From: Deltaproteobacteria bacterium | Lineage (GTDB): Bacteria; Myxococcota; Kuafuiibacteriia; Kuafuiibacteriales; Kuafuiibacteriaceae | Assembly (NCBI GenBank): GCA_040218735.1 | Contig: JAVJQW010000038.1 | Coordinates: 64,001-128,000, forward strand | Length of the DNA stretch: 64,000 nucleotides | Direction: 5' to 3' | Program-made: the position numbers and the translations under genes | In this document: piece by piece, positions 1 through 7,908 of the stretch | Position numbering within the stretch: position 1 is the stretch's first letter | Layout of the letters: each line of letters begins with the position of its first letter | Notes under the pieces: model-generated | What the model was told of the DNA's origin: nothing | What the model saw: the letters and a program-made list of their open reading frames with translations, nothing else | Database searches by the model: none

Positions 1-3000
1 AGCTCCCAGCGCGAGTTGATGAACGGGCGCGACCGCAGCCGGGTCGAACGGTAGACCTCCGGTACGTAGATCCGGTTGCCGTTGAAGAACGGGTTGATGA
101 CCGCGGTGCGCTCCGGGAACGTGTAGAACAGCAGCTCGTCGTCGAGCGAGGCGACGGCGCCGGTCCCCGCCATGCGCAGGTAGACACGACCCAACGGGTC
201 ACCCAACTCGGAGCCGATAATCTCCGCCTCCACGTAGCGGATCTGGTGGTTCTTGGTGAGCGGCGACAGCTGGCCGAGCGACGTCGTGAACGGCACCACG
301 AGGTAGCCGTCTTCGTCGAGGAGCCGGCCGCTCGTCAGGCGGTCGCGCAACAGCTCGGTACGCTCCCCCTCGGTGAGCGGCGTTCCGCTCTCGTCGGTGC
401 GCGGGATCTGGAGGATGTCGTCGCGGAGCGAGAGGCGCGCGAGGCGGAAGTCGGGGAGGCCGTAGCGGTCCTCGAACTCGCGGAAGCGATCCTCGATGCC
501 GATGATGTAGCGCTGCAGGTTGAAGTCACCCGCGGTGACCATCCGCGTGAGGAACAGCTTGTCGAGGTCCGCGTAGCTCTGGCTCGTGTAGTACTCCAGC
601 ACGCGCGTCGCAGCGTACGCTTCGCGGAGCGCGAGGCGGAACGTCTCATCGGCGTTGATGACGGCGTCGTTTCGGTAGATCCGAATGTTCGGGTTGTTGC
701 GCGCCGCCTCGACGTTGATCGCGAGCGACTCGACCTCCGCCATCTCCGCTTGGAGGCGCGTGGCCTGGTTTCGCTGCTGCCTCAGCTGCGCGAGGGTCTG
801 GCCGAACTCGTACTGCGAACGCAGCGCCTCGAGCTTCAGCTCCGCGAGCCGGAGGAGGATCGTCCGGACGCGCGCGCGCCCGTCGATCTCGATCTGGTCG
901 CACTGGAAGTCGGCGCGCACGAGACCGAAGTTGCGCTCCATCTCCCGCACCACGGCGGTCTCGATGCGAATCGCAGCCTCGAGCGTCGACGTCGCCGCCT
1001 CGACGGCGATGGCCGTGTTGACGAACGCCGTCCCCGCGGCGAGCGCCGGCCCGCAGCTCAGCGGGTCACACGCCGACAGGCCCGCGATCGTCGTCGCGCG
1101 CGCCTCGAAGCGGCCGAGCACGGCGAGCGCGTCACGCTGCGCGTCGATCACCGTCTGGATGACGTTGACCTTGCCCTGATGCACCCACTCCGCGCGGGCG
1201 AGCGCCTGAGCGACGCCGCACGACGCCGACCACCGCTGACCTTCGATCTGCGCCTCCTGTAGGACGTTCGTCATCGCCTGCCGAACGCGCCGCACTTCGT
1301 TCAGAGCGATCTGCACCGACCCGTTCGACGTGTGGATGGTGCCGGTCTGCATCAGGCCGCACGGGTCGCCCCAGATCCGTGCGGACGGCTCGAGGTACGC
1401 GTACTTCGAGATCGCGGGATAGACACGTCCGTCTTCGCCGACCATCGTGCCGCAGAGCTCGGAGAGCTGACCTTCGTAGGTCGTCCGGATGCGCACGAGC
1501 TCGTTCTGGAACGCAGCCGCGTCCGTCTCGAAGGAGCGGTTGTTGGCGAGGGCCACCTGCTCCGCTTCCTTGGCGATCTCCATGCGCTGACGCGCGCGCG
1601 CCATCGCGACCTCGAACGGGTTGTCGCGACCGAACTCGAGCGCGGGGAACGGAATGAACGCCGGGGAGAAACCGAAGAAGTCCACGCCGTCGTCGATGTC
1701 CGCGTAACGGTCCTGCATCCCGGTCAGCGCGATGCGGTAGATGCGTTGTGCCGCGTCGATCTGACGTCGGATCTGGTCGACCTCCTCCGGGGTACTCACG
1801 GTCACGACCTGCGTTGCGAGGTGGTGAAGGATCGCCGCTTCGAGGTGCGCCGCCGTGTACGCGCGCTCGATGACGTGGCGCGCGAGGTCGGGGCGGTTGA
1901 AGCCCTGGTAGCGCTTCGCGATCTCCGACCAGGCGCGGGCCTTCTGCGTCGAAGCGCGCGTCAGGCGGTCGAAGTACGAGACGACCGTGGACTGCGTGAT
2001 GAAGCTCCGCGCGTTGCCGGACTTCGCGCTGTCGATCGCCTCCGACAGCGCCGGGGTGAGCCTGAAGAAGCGCTCCAGCGTCGCGTCGTAGTACTGCACC
2101 GCCGTGTACAAGCTCAGCATCTCGAAGCCGGCGGCGCCGGAGAGCTGGATGCCGTTCGGCTCGAAGTGGTCGCCCTCGAACGACGCGAGCTGCGAACCGG
2201 CGAGGTCGAAGCGCGACGCGAGCGCCTTCGCGTAGGCGTCGTCGCCCAGCATGATCGACAACTCGGCGTCGAGGTGCTCGAAGCCGAAGCGAACGGAGCG
2301 CCGGCCGACGGCGTCGAACGTCTCCGCGAACCCGAAGTCATCCTCCAGGTAGCTCATGAGTAGCTCGCGCGTCTCCTGATCGAGGTGCGCGTCGAGCTCG
2401 TTTTCGATCGCGATCGCGCAGTCGACGCGCTCGCGCACTTCTTCGATAGCGGGCGGGTCGTAGCAGTAGGGCACCGCGTTCGACATCGGCGCGCAGATCT
2501 CGGGCACGAAGCCGACGCTGGTCCCGCTGCGGTTCACGAAGCGCGTGCGATATCGGAAGGCGTCGTCGATCGCCGCGCGGAGCGGCACGAAGACGGGCGC
2601 CTCGGCGCTCGGCACGAAGAAGTCCTTTCCGCTGCGGAGGTCGATTCGGTGCTCGGAGCAGTAGGCGACGTCCGGATCCGTGCAGCGCCAGACGGGGTCG
2701 AGCACGATCCCGTAGCTGCCGTTGTCGTTCCAGCGCGCCAGCGTCGTTCCGCAGGTCCCGTCGCGTTGGCAACCGAGGCCCGCGAGGCCGTTCGGGAACG
2801 CGCTGCGGTCGACGATGAAGAAGCGCACGCCGCTGCCGACCGGGCAGGCGGCGGGGGCTGCTGCGTCCACGCCGAAGTCGAAGATCCCGAGCTCCTCGCA
2901 GAGGTAGTGAACGACGACTTCATCCGTCGGACCGATCGGCGCGGGGGAGGTCGGGCTTCGGACAGCGCCGAGCACGATGGCCTGCGCGACGGCGCTCGCG

Positions 3001-5393
3001 TTGTCCGCGACGCGGTCCGGCGCGAGCGCGTTGGGGTCGCCGACCGCCTGCTCGAGGAGCGCCGGCGAGCACGCGACGGGCGTCTGGCGATCGGGCTCGT
3101 CGGTGGGGACGGACGGAGCGTTGCCGACGAAGTCCTGGGCGTCGAGGTGGTTGGGGACGCGTTCGAGGATCATGACGCCGAACGTCGTGATCGGGTCGTC
3201 TCCGTCGAACGGGGACTGCATCGCCTCTTCGAACAGAACGAGGAGGGTGTGGCCGTCGATGAGCACGCCGTCGATGCCGCGGACGGAGCGAGAGCGCGTG
3301 CGGCCGTTTCGGATGGGGTTGGCGCTCGCGAGGCTCGCGTTCTCGCGCGCGGCGCTCTCGTCACCTTCGAGCGGGACGCCGCTGCTGAGGCACGCGTACG
3401 TGTACCGTCGCCCGGTCGACGGGTCGCGTTCGCTGCGCCCCTCGAACCCGGTCACGAGCCAAGGGGTCTGGACGTGGACGTAGCCGGGAGCGCCGTCGCA
3501 CGCCGCGTCTTCGCGGGTGCTTGGGAACTGCCCACCCACGAGGATCTGCGCCGAGAACTCGTCGACGGCGACGACGCAGGGCCCGTCGCTCGGACGGCAC
3601 GACGCCGGGTCGGCGTCGAGGTGCACGTCGATGCGTGGGTTGCCGAAGTACTGCAGCGCGCGCTCCGTGGCGATGCGGCCTTCGAAGTCGAGGCCGTCCG
3701 CGCCAGCGCTCGTGCGGAGGTCGATCGCGACCGGGAGCTCGACGACGCCGGACGGGACCGGCACCGTGAGCGGGTCGTTGGTGAACACCGCGAAGCCGTC
3801 GGCGTTGGTGAATGGGAAACACGCCGAGCCGCTCGGGCAGCGCTGCTCCATCGCGGGGGAGCGCCACGACTCGGTGCGAATCGAGAGGAGCGCTGCCTGC
3901 AGCTCGTCGAGGGTCGCCGTGCCGGAGCGGAAGCGCGCCCACACCTGGAGGAACGCGTTGCGGATGTTGGCGATGGCGCTGGGCGACATGTCGCGGTCGA
4001 GCCACGCCTGCAGACCGGCGTCGCCGAAGTTGCCGAACACGAAGCTCTTGCCGGACCAACGACCGTCGGGGCGCTCCGCGTAGCGCACGAGGATGCTGCG
4101 CCGGCCGAGGCTGCGTTCGTGGACCTCGATCTCACCTTCCCACTTCGTCGAGGGGCCGCCGGCGCCGCCCGCGATCGTGAGGGTGATGGTCTCGCCCGGG
4201 TCGACGATCACGTCGAGCGAAGGGCCCGTCGTGGACTGGCCCTTGGCGGACATCGTGAGCCAGGCGAGGGGACACGCGCGGCCCTCGCAGTCGGCGGACA
4301 GCTCTGTCTCGGTGGGGTCGACGTCGTCGCGGAACACGAGGTCGCGCTTCTTCTCGATGAAGTAACGCGCCGCCGTCGGACCGGAGTGGGTCAGCTCGAC
4401 CGTCGTCTCGAGTGCGATGTTCGAGAACGCGATCGACGTGGGGTCGATCTCGAAGCTGCCGCCGGAGGGCGGCGGTTCGACGGGGGTATCGAGCGGGAGG
4501 CAGACGCCGTTTTCGCCGTCGCCGGTCGAGCAGAACGCGTTGCTGTCGCACGGTGCGTCCGCGGTGTTGCAGGTTCGGCGGCAGACGTAGCGATGGCAGA
4601 TCGCGCCGTCGATGCACTGCTCGTCGGTGTTGCAGTTCGACCGGCACGTGCCGAGCAGGCAGGCCTGGAAGTCGGGGCAGTCGACGTCGTTCGAGCACCG
4701 GTGGCTCACGCCGTCGTTCGGTCGGCACGTCCCCTCGACACACGTCGTTTCGCCGAAGCAGCCCGGCAGCAGTCCGTCCGCGGGGCAGTCGACGAAGGAG
4801 CCGCCGACCGCGCCGTCCGTCGTGCACGGCGTGAAACAAGCGCCTTCACCGCCCGGCGGGTTCGAGGCCAGGCCGGACTCCGTGTGACAGAGGCCTTCGT
4901 GGCAGACGAGCCCGTCGTTACAGCGCGCGCCGTCGCAGCCGCAGCCCTGGGAGCCGACGGTGCACGGGACACAGACGTCGTTCTCGCAACGCAGGCTGCG
5001 CGTGCAGGTGGAGTCCGAGAAGCAGGAGCCACCGAGTCGTCCGGTGTCGTCGACACATCGGTCTTCGACGCACGCGAGCCCGACGCCGCACCCGGCGACG
5101 CCGCACGCGCAACCTTCGCGGCCCGGCATGCAGTCGCGCGGTGCGCAGCGGTCGTCGATGCAGACGTCGCCCTCGACGAGGCAGCCGTCGGCACAGGCAC
5201 AACCGGTTTCGCCAGGGGTGCAGCAGCCCGCGAGGTCCGGACAGCTGAGCGCGACGCACGCGCCGGTGTGATCGCAGGCGAGGCCGTCGCCGCAAGCTGC
5301 GTTGTCCGTGCACGGTGTCCCGGTCTCGCCTCCGCCGCAGGCGGCGAGCGCGAACAACAAGAGCGCGAAGGGGCGGTAGATTGTTTTCGGCAT
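1..5393 (-). CDS. Giant (>1797 aa, 3'-truncated by window) Cys-rich lipoprotein with long helical C-terminal half, putative Tc-toxin-A-like
   Basis: Not in ORF track. Hand translation from ATG 5393 (SD GAGGAG 6 nt upstream) gives MPKTIYRPFALLLFALAAC (lipobox), about 45 Cys in the first ~300 aa, and an open frame to position 1 (...RLRSRPFINSRWE). The + strand ORFs 246..1262, 1332..2363 and 2385..6254 are its codon-aligned antisense shadows. The CDS is well supported; the function is inferred. Confidence 0.85.
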   Translation of the reverse strand, partial: MPKTIYRPFALLLFALAACGGGETGTPCTDNAACGDGLACDHTGACVALSCPDLAGCCTPGETGCACADGCLVEGDVCIDDRCAPRDCMPGREGCACGVAGCGVGLACVEDRCVDDTGRLGGSCFSDSTCTRSLRCENDVCVPCTVGSQGCGCDGARCNDGLVCHEGLCHTESGLASNPPGGEGACFTPCTTDGAVGGSFVDCPADGLLPGCFGETTCVEGTCRPNDGVSHRCSNDVDCPDFQACLLGTCRSNCNTDEQCIDGAICHRYVCRRTCNTADAPCDSNAFCSTGDGENGVCLPLDTPVEPPPSGGSFEIDPTSIAFSNIALETTVELTHSGPTAARYFIEKKRDLVFRDDVDPTETELSADCEGRACPLAWLTMSAKGQSTTGPSLDVIVDPGETITLTIAGGAGGPSTKWEGEIEVHERSLGRRSILVRYAERPDGRWSGKSFVFGNFGDAGLQAWLDRDMSPSAIANIRNAFLQVWARFRSGTATLDELQAALLSIRTESWRSPAMEQRCPSGSACFPFTNADGFAVFTNDPLTVPVPSGVVELPVAIDLRTSAGADGLDFEGRIATERALQYFGNPRIDVHLDADPASCRPSDGPCVVAVDEFSAQILVGGQFPSTREDAACDGAPGYVHVQTPWLVTGFEGRSERDPSTGRRYTYACLSSGVPLEGDESAARENASLASANPIRNGRTRSRSVRGIDGVLIDGHTLLVLFEEAMQSPFDGDDPITTFGVMILERVPNHLDAQDFVGNAPSVPTDEPDRQTPVACSPALLEQAVGDPNALAPDRVADNASAVAQAIVLGAVRSPTSPAPIGPTDEVVVHYLCEELGIFDFGVDAAAPAACPVGSGVRFFIVDRSAFPNGLAGLGCQRDGTCGTTLARWNDNGSYGIVLDPVWRCTDPDVAYCSEHRIDLRSGKDFFVPSAEAPVFVPLRAAIDDAFRYRTRFVNRSGTSVGFVPEICAPMSNAVPYCYDPPAIEEVRERVDCAIAIENELDAHLDQETRELLMSYLEDDFGFAETFDAVGRRSVRFGFEHLDAELSIMLGDDAYAKALASRFDLAGSQLASFEGDHFEPNGIQLSGAAGFEMLSLYTAVQYYDATLERFFRLTPALSEAIDSAKSGNARSFITQSTVVSYFDRLTRASTQKARAWSEIAKRYQGFNRPDLARHVIERAYTAAHLEAAILHHLATQVVTVSTPEEVDQIRRQIDAAQRIYRIALTGMQDRYADIDDGVDFFGFSPAFIPFPALEFGRDNPFEVAMARARQRMEIAKEAEQVALANNRSFETDAAAFQNELVRIRTTYEGQLSELCGTMVGEDGRVYPAISKYAYLEPSARIWGDPCGLMQTGTIHTSNGSVQIALNEVRRVRQAMTNVLQEAQIEGQRWSASCGVAQALARAEWVHQGKVNVIQTVIDAQRDALAVLGRFEARATTIAGLSACDPLSCGPALAAGTAFVNTAIAVEAATSTLEAAIRIETAVVREMERNFGLVRADFQCDQIEIDGRARVRTILLRLAELKLEALRSQYEFGQTLAQLRQQRNQATRLQAEMAEVESLAINVEAARNNPNIRIYRNDAVINADETFRLALREAYAATRVLEYYTSQSYADLDKLFLTRMVTAGDFNLQRYIIGIEDRFREFEDRYGLPDFRLARLSLRDDILQIPRTDESGTPLTEGERTELLRDRLTSGRLLDEDGYLVVPFTTSLGQLSPLTKNHQIRYVEAEIIGSELGDPLGRVYLRMAGTGAVASLDDELLFYTFPERTAVINPFFNGNRIYVPEVYRSTRLRSRPFINSRWE

Positions 5394-5447
5394 GATGGTC
5401 TCCTCGTCGCCCGGTCGGGCGGAGTCGTCTCGAAGCGAACGGGCGCT

Positions 5448-6236
5448 CTACGGCGTGCCGACGTAGCAACAGATGGCTTGGACGCCGCGCAGGTGGTAGC
5501 CGACGATCGAGGCGGGCCCGCGCTTCCCGCGGATGCCGCAGACCACGGAGTTCGACGGGCAGTACTGATCGGTGCCCCACGAACCGCCGCTGATCTCGTA
5601 GCCGCGCCGCGCGGCGTACGGTCGGTCGAACGTGAACTGACCGGTGATGTTCATGCCGCCCGAGATCGCGACGTCGCCGAGCGTGACGTCCCGCGCGTCG
5701 AGGGTGTCGATCGCGGCGACGTTGATGTCTGCGTCCTGGGCCTCGAGGAGCGAGACCTCGGCGAGGTCCACGCGGAAGGACTGGGTCGGGACGCTGCGAT
5801 ACGCAAACGGCGCGCCGTAGATGCGCTGGCGTCCGGTGAGCGCGTGCCAGTCAGAGGGGTTCGAGGGGTCGGGCCGGGTCGAGACGTCGACGCCGATCTC
5901 CAGCATCGGGCTGCCGCTCACAGGGTCGAGGGAGGTGAGTGCGCCGAGGAGGACCTCGAACTTCCCGGCGTGGACCGGGACCGCGGAGTCGCCGACATGT
6001 TCTTCGAGCCACGCGTGCTCGCCGGGGACGGAGGAGCAGGGCGCGGGTGCGGGTGCGTTGCAGACGTAGAAGCGGAACGCGTAGGCGCCGTTCGCGGGGA
6101 GCTCGTCGAGCCAGAGCTCACCTTCGTAGGGGATGCGGACGTCGAAGGGGTCGTCGAAGAGGGTGGCGGCCCGGGTGGCGACGGCTCCGGCGATGATGAT
6201 GGCGCCCGAGAGGGCGAGGGTGTGAATCCACTTCAT
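5448..6236 (-). CDS. Secreted tail-fibre/adhesin-like protein (262 aa)
   Basis: Start re-assigned to ATG 6236 (SD GAGGAG). Signal peptide MKWIHTLALSGAIIIAGAVATRAA; N-domain IPYEGELW..G.YAFRFY..W.E..V..GKFEVLLG..LEIGV..LTGRQRIYGAPFA as in bacterial fibre-like proteins; short beta-repeat stalk; Cys-containing tip. Confidence 0.7.
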   Translation of the reverse strand: MKWIHTLALSGAIIIAGAVATRAATLFDDPFDVRIPYEGELWLDELPANGAYAFRFYVCNAPAPAPCSSVPGEHAWLEEHVGDSAVPVHAGKFEVLLGALTSLDPVSGSPMLEIGVDVSTRPDPSNPSDWHALTGRQRIYGAPFAYRSVPTQSFRVDLAEVSLLEAQDADINVAAIDTLDARDVTLGDVAISGGMNITGQFTFDRPYAARRGYEISGGSWGTDQYCPSNSVVCGIRGKRGPASIVGYHLRGVQAICCYVGTP

Positions 6237-6307
6237 GCGTATCTCCTCAGCTAGGGACGAGCCCGTCGGGGCTGTCGCTTCACGAGGAGGTGGCGCGGTC
6301 GGCGGAT

Positions 6308-7051
6308 CTATTTCGCGTCTTTTTCGCGGGGCCGGACGACGAACGGATAAACGGCGATGTCGACGGGGTTTCCGTCGACGAGGGTCGACAGGACGAGCTC
6401 GTAGTTGCCGACCGGGACCTGCTCGGGTTCGACGCGGAGCTGCAGGCTGTCTTGCGCACCGCGTCGTCCGTCGCGCTCGAAGAGGACGGTGGACCCGCGG
6501 CGGAGGCGGAGCTGGTACGTGTCGAAGGTTTCTTCGACGGGCACGCGGAGCACCACGTCGATCGGGACGCCGGCGGCGGCGATTGGCACGGTGCCGGTGT
6601 CGTCGCGGAGCTCGGAGGCGCGCAGGACGAGGGTCTGCGGCGTGACGGGGTCGGGGCCCAGGCCGATCACGACGGCGAGGAGGACCGCGGCGGCGGCGGC
6701 GGCGAAGCCGAGGACGAGGGGGCGTCGGAACCAGTCGAGCCACGACGCGGTGAGCGTGCGGCGGGGCTGGGGTTGCGGCTCGGCGTCGAGGCGTTCGAGG
6801 AGCGCGCGGTGGAAGTCGAGGCGCGCGCGGAGGGCGTCGGAGGTCGAGAAGCGCGCTTCGAACGCGGTGCGGTCGGAGGCGGCGAGGGTGTTGGCGAGGT
6901 AGGCTTCGATGAGCTCGTCTTCGACGAGGCGGAGGGTGTCTTCGCCGTCTTCGCCGAAGAAGAGGAAGTCGTCGACGGCGCTGACGTCGTCGTCGGGGAG
7001 CACGCCGAGGACGTACCGAGCGAGGGTCTCGCGGTCTGGTGCGGTGCTCAT
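6308..7051 (-). CDS. Putative membrane-anchored anti-sigma factor (247 aa)
   Basis: ATG 7051 overlaps the sigma stop (ATGA). N-terminal LARYVLG..EDELIEAYLANTL..FEARF helical domain, one TM helix (LVLGFAAAAAAVLLAVVIGL), C-terminal beta-rich domain. Confidence 0.65.
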   Translation of the reverse strand: MSTAPDRETLARYVLGVLPDDDVSAVDDFLFFGEDGEDTLRLVEDELIEAYLANTLAASDRTAFEARFSTSDALRARLDFHRALLERLDAEPQPQPRRTLTASWLDWFRRPLVLGFAAAAAAVLLAVVIGLGPDPVTPQTLVLRASELRDDTGTVPIAAAGVPIDVVLRVPVEETFDTYQLRLRRGSTVLFERDGRRGAQDSLQLRVEPEQVPVGNYELVLSTLVDGNPVDIAVYPFVVRPREKDAK

Positions 7052-7665
7052 TCGCGAGGGCTCCCCGTACTCGAATGGCGTTCCGCGCCGTCCTGTTTCT
7101 GCGTGAGCTTTGCGCGGACGCACTGCTCGAGGTTGTTGCGGAGCCGAAACATGCGAAGTCGAAGCGCATTCAGCGTCACGCCGATCTTCTCGGCGAGGGC
7201 GCGACGTGCGTCGATCTTCGATTGGCCGCGGTCGGCGTGATACCGCGCGAGCGCGCGTCGGTCGGCGTCGGAGAGCGCGCTCAGGCACCCCTCGAGCGCG
7301 GCGAGGCGCCGCTCGTGTTCGATGCGCTCGGCGGCTTCGTCCGTAGGCTCCTGCGCGGCGCGCAGCGCACGGTCCTGCTGGGCGCGCGCCTTGGTTTGCT
7401 CGAGGTGCACGAACCGCGCGACGCCCAGCGCGTACCGGGGCACGTCGCTCGTCAGCTCGGTCCCCGCGGCGAGCTTGGCCCCGACGCGATCGAACGTCGC
7501 GTCGACGAGCTCATCGGGGTCGGACCACCCGCGGTACCGAAAGAAGGCCTCGAGCCGTGAGCGGAGCTGCTCGTAGGCCTTGGCCTGGACGCGCGCCGAC
7601 GCACCGAGGTGTTCGAGGAGGGCCGTCCAGCTCTCGGACGGGATGTCGCGCTCCTTGGTCTGCAT
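7048..7665 (-). CDS. ECF-type RNA polymerase sigma factor
   Basis: AYEQLRSRLEAFFRYRG..PDELVDATFDRV (region 2) and CLSALSDADR..LAEKIGVTLNALRLRMFRLRNNL (region 4). Start 7665 or 7686. Confidence 0.8.
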   Translation of the reverse strand: MQTKERDIPSESWTALLEHLGASARVQAKAYEQLRSRLEAFFRYRGWSDPDELVDATFDRVGAKLAAGTELTSDVPRYALGVARFVHLEQTKARAQQDRALRAAQEPTDEAAERIEHERRLAALEGCLSALSDADRRALARYHADRGQSKIDARRALAEKIGVTLNALRLRMFRLRNNLEQCVRAKLTQKQDGAERHSSTGSPRE

Positions 7666-7763
7666 GCGGGCGAGCGCCCGGAGCATACAACAGGGGAACG
7701 GCCCGGACGAAGGCGTCTCTACGCAGGGCGTAGGCAGGAACGTTCGGGAAAGACTGAAGAAAT

Positions 7764-7840
7764 TGGCGGGGCCGACGAGACTCGAACTCGCGACCTCCGG
7801 CGTGACAGGCCGGCATTCTAACCAACTGAACTACGACCCC
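7764..7840 (-). tRNA. tRNA-Asp (GTC)
   Basis: GGGGTCGTAGTTCAGTTGGTTAGAATGCCGGCCTGTCACGCCGGAGGTCGCGAGTTCGAGTCTCGTCGGCCCCGCCA; full cloverleaf, encoded CCA. Confidence 0.97.
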
Positions 7841-7857
7841 GCCGAGGGTGTCCCGGG

Positions 7858-7886
7858 TAAGTACAGAGCGCCGAAGCGGCTGTCAA
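7858..7886 (-). promoter_or_regulatory. sigma70-type promoter for tRNA-Asp
   Basis: TTGACA-17 nt-TACTTA, 17 nt upstream of the tRNA 5' end. Confidence 0.7.
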
Positions 7887-7908
7887 CGCCAAAAAACATG
7901 CGCTCGCA

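Noticed and set aside
2385-6254. 1289-aa + strand ORF, and other long antisense ORFs (e.g. 14497..17106, 29673..32078, 52420..54642)
   Set aside because: Codon-aligned antisense shadows of real genes in a high-GC genome; R/A/V/G-biased composition and no motifs.
1-7763. Genomic island integrated at tRNA-Asp
   Set aside because: Position is suggestive, but I saw no integrase, no duplicated tRNA 3' end and no obvious GC drop in the window; cannot be supported without the left flank.
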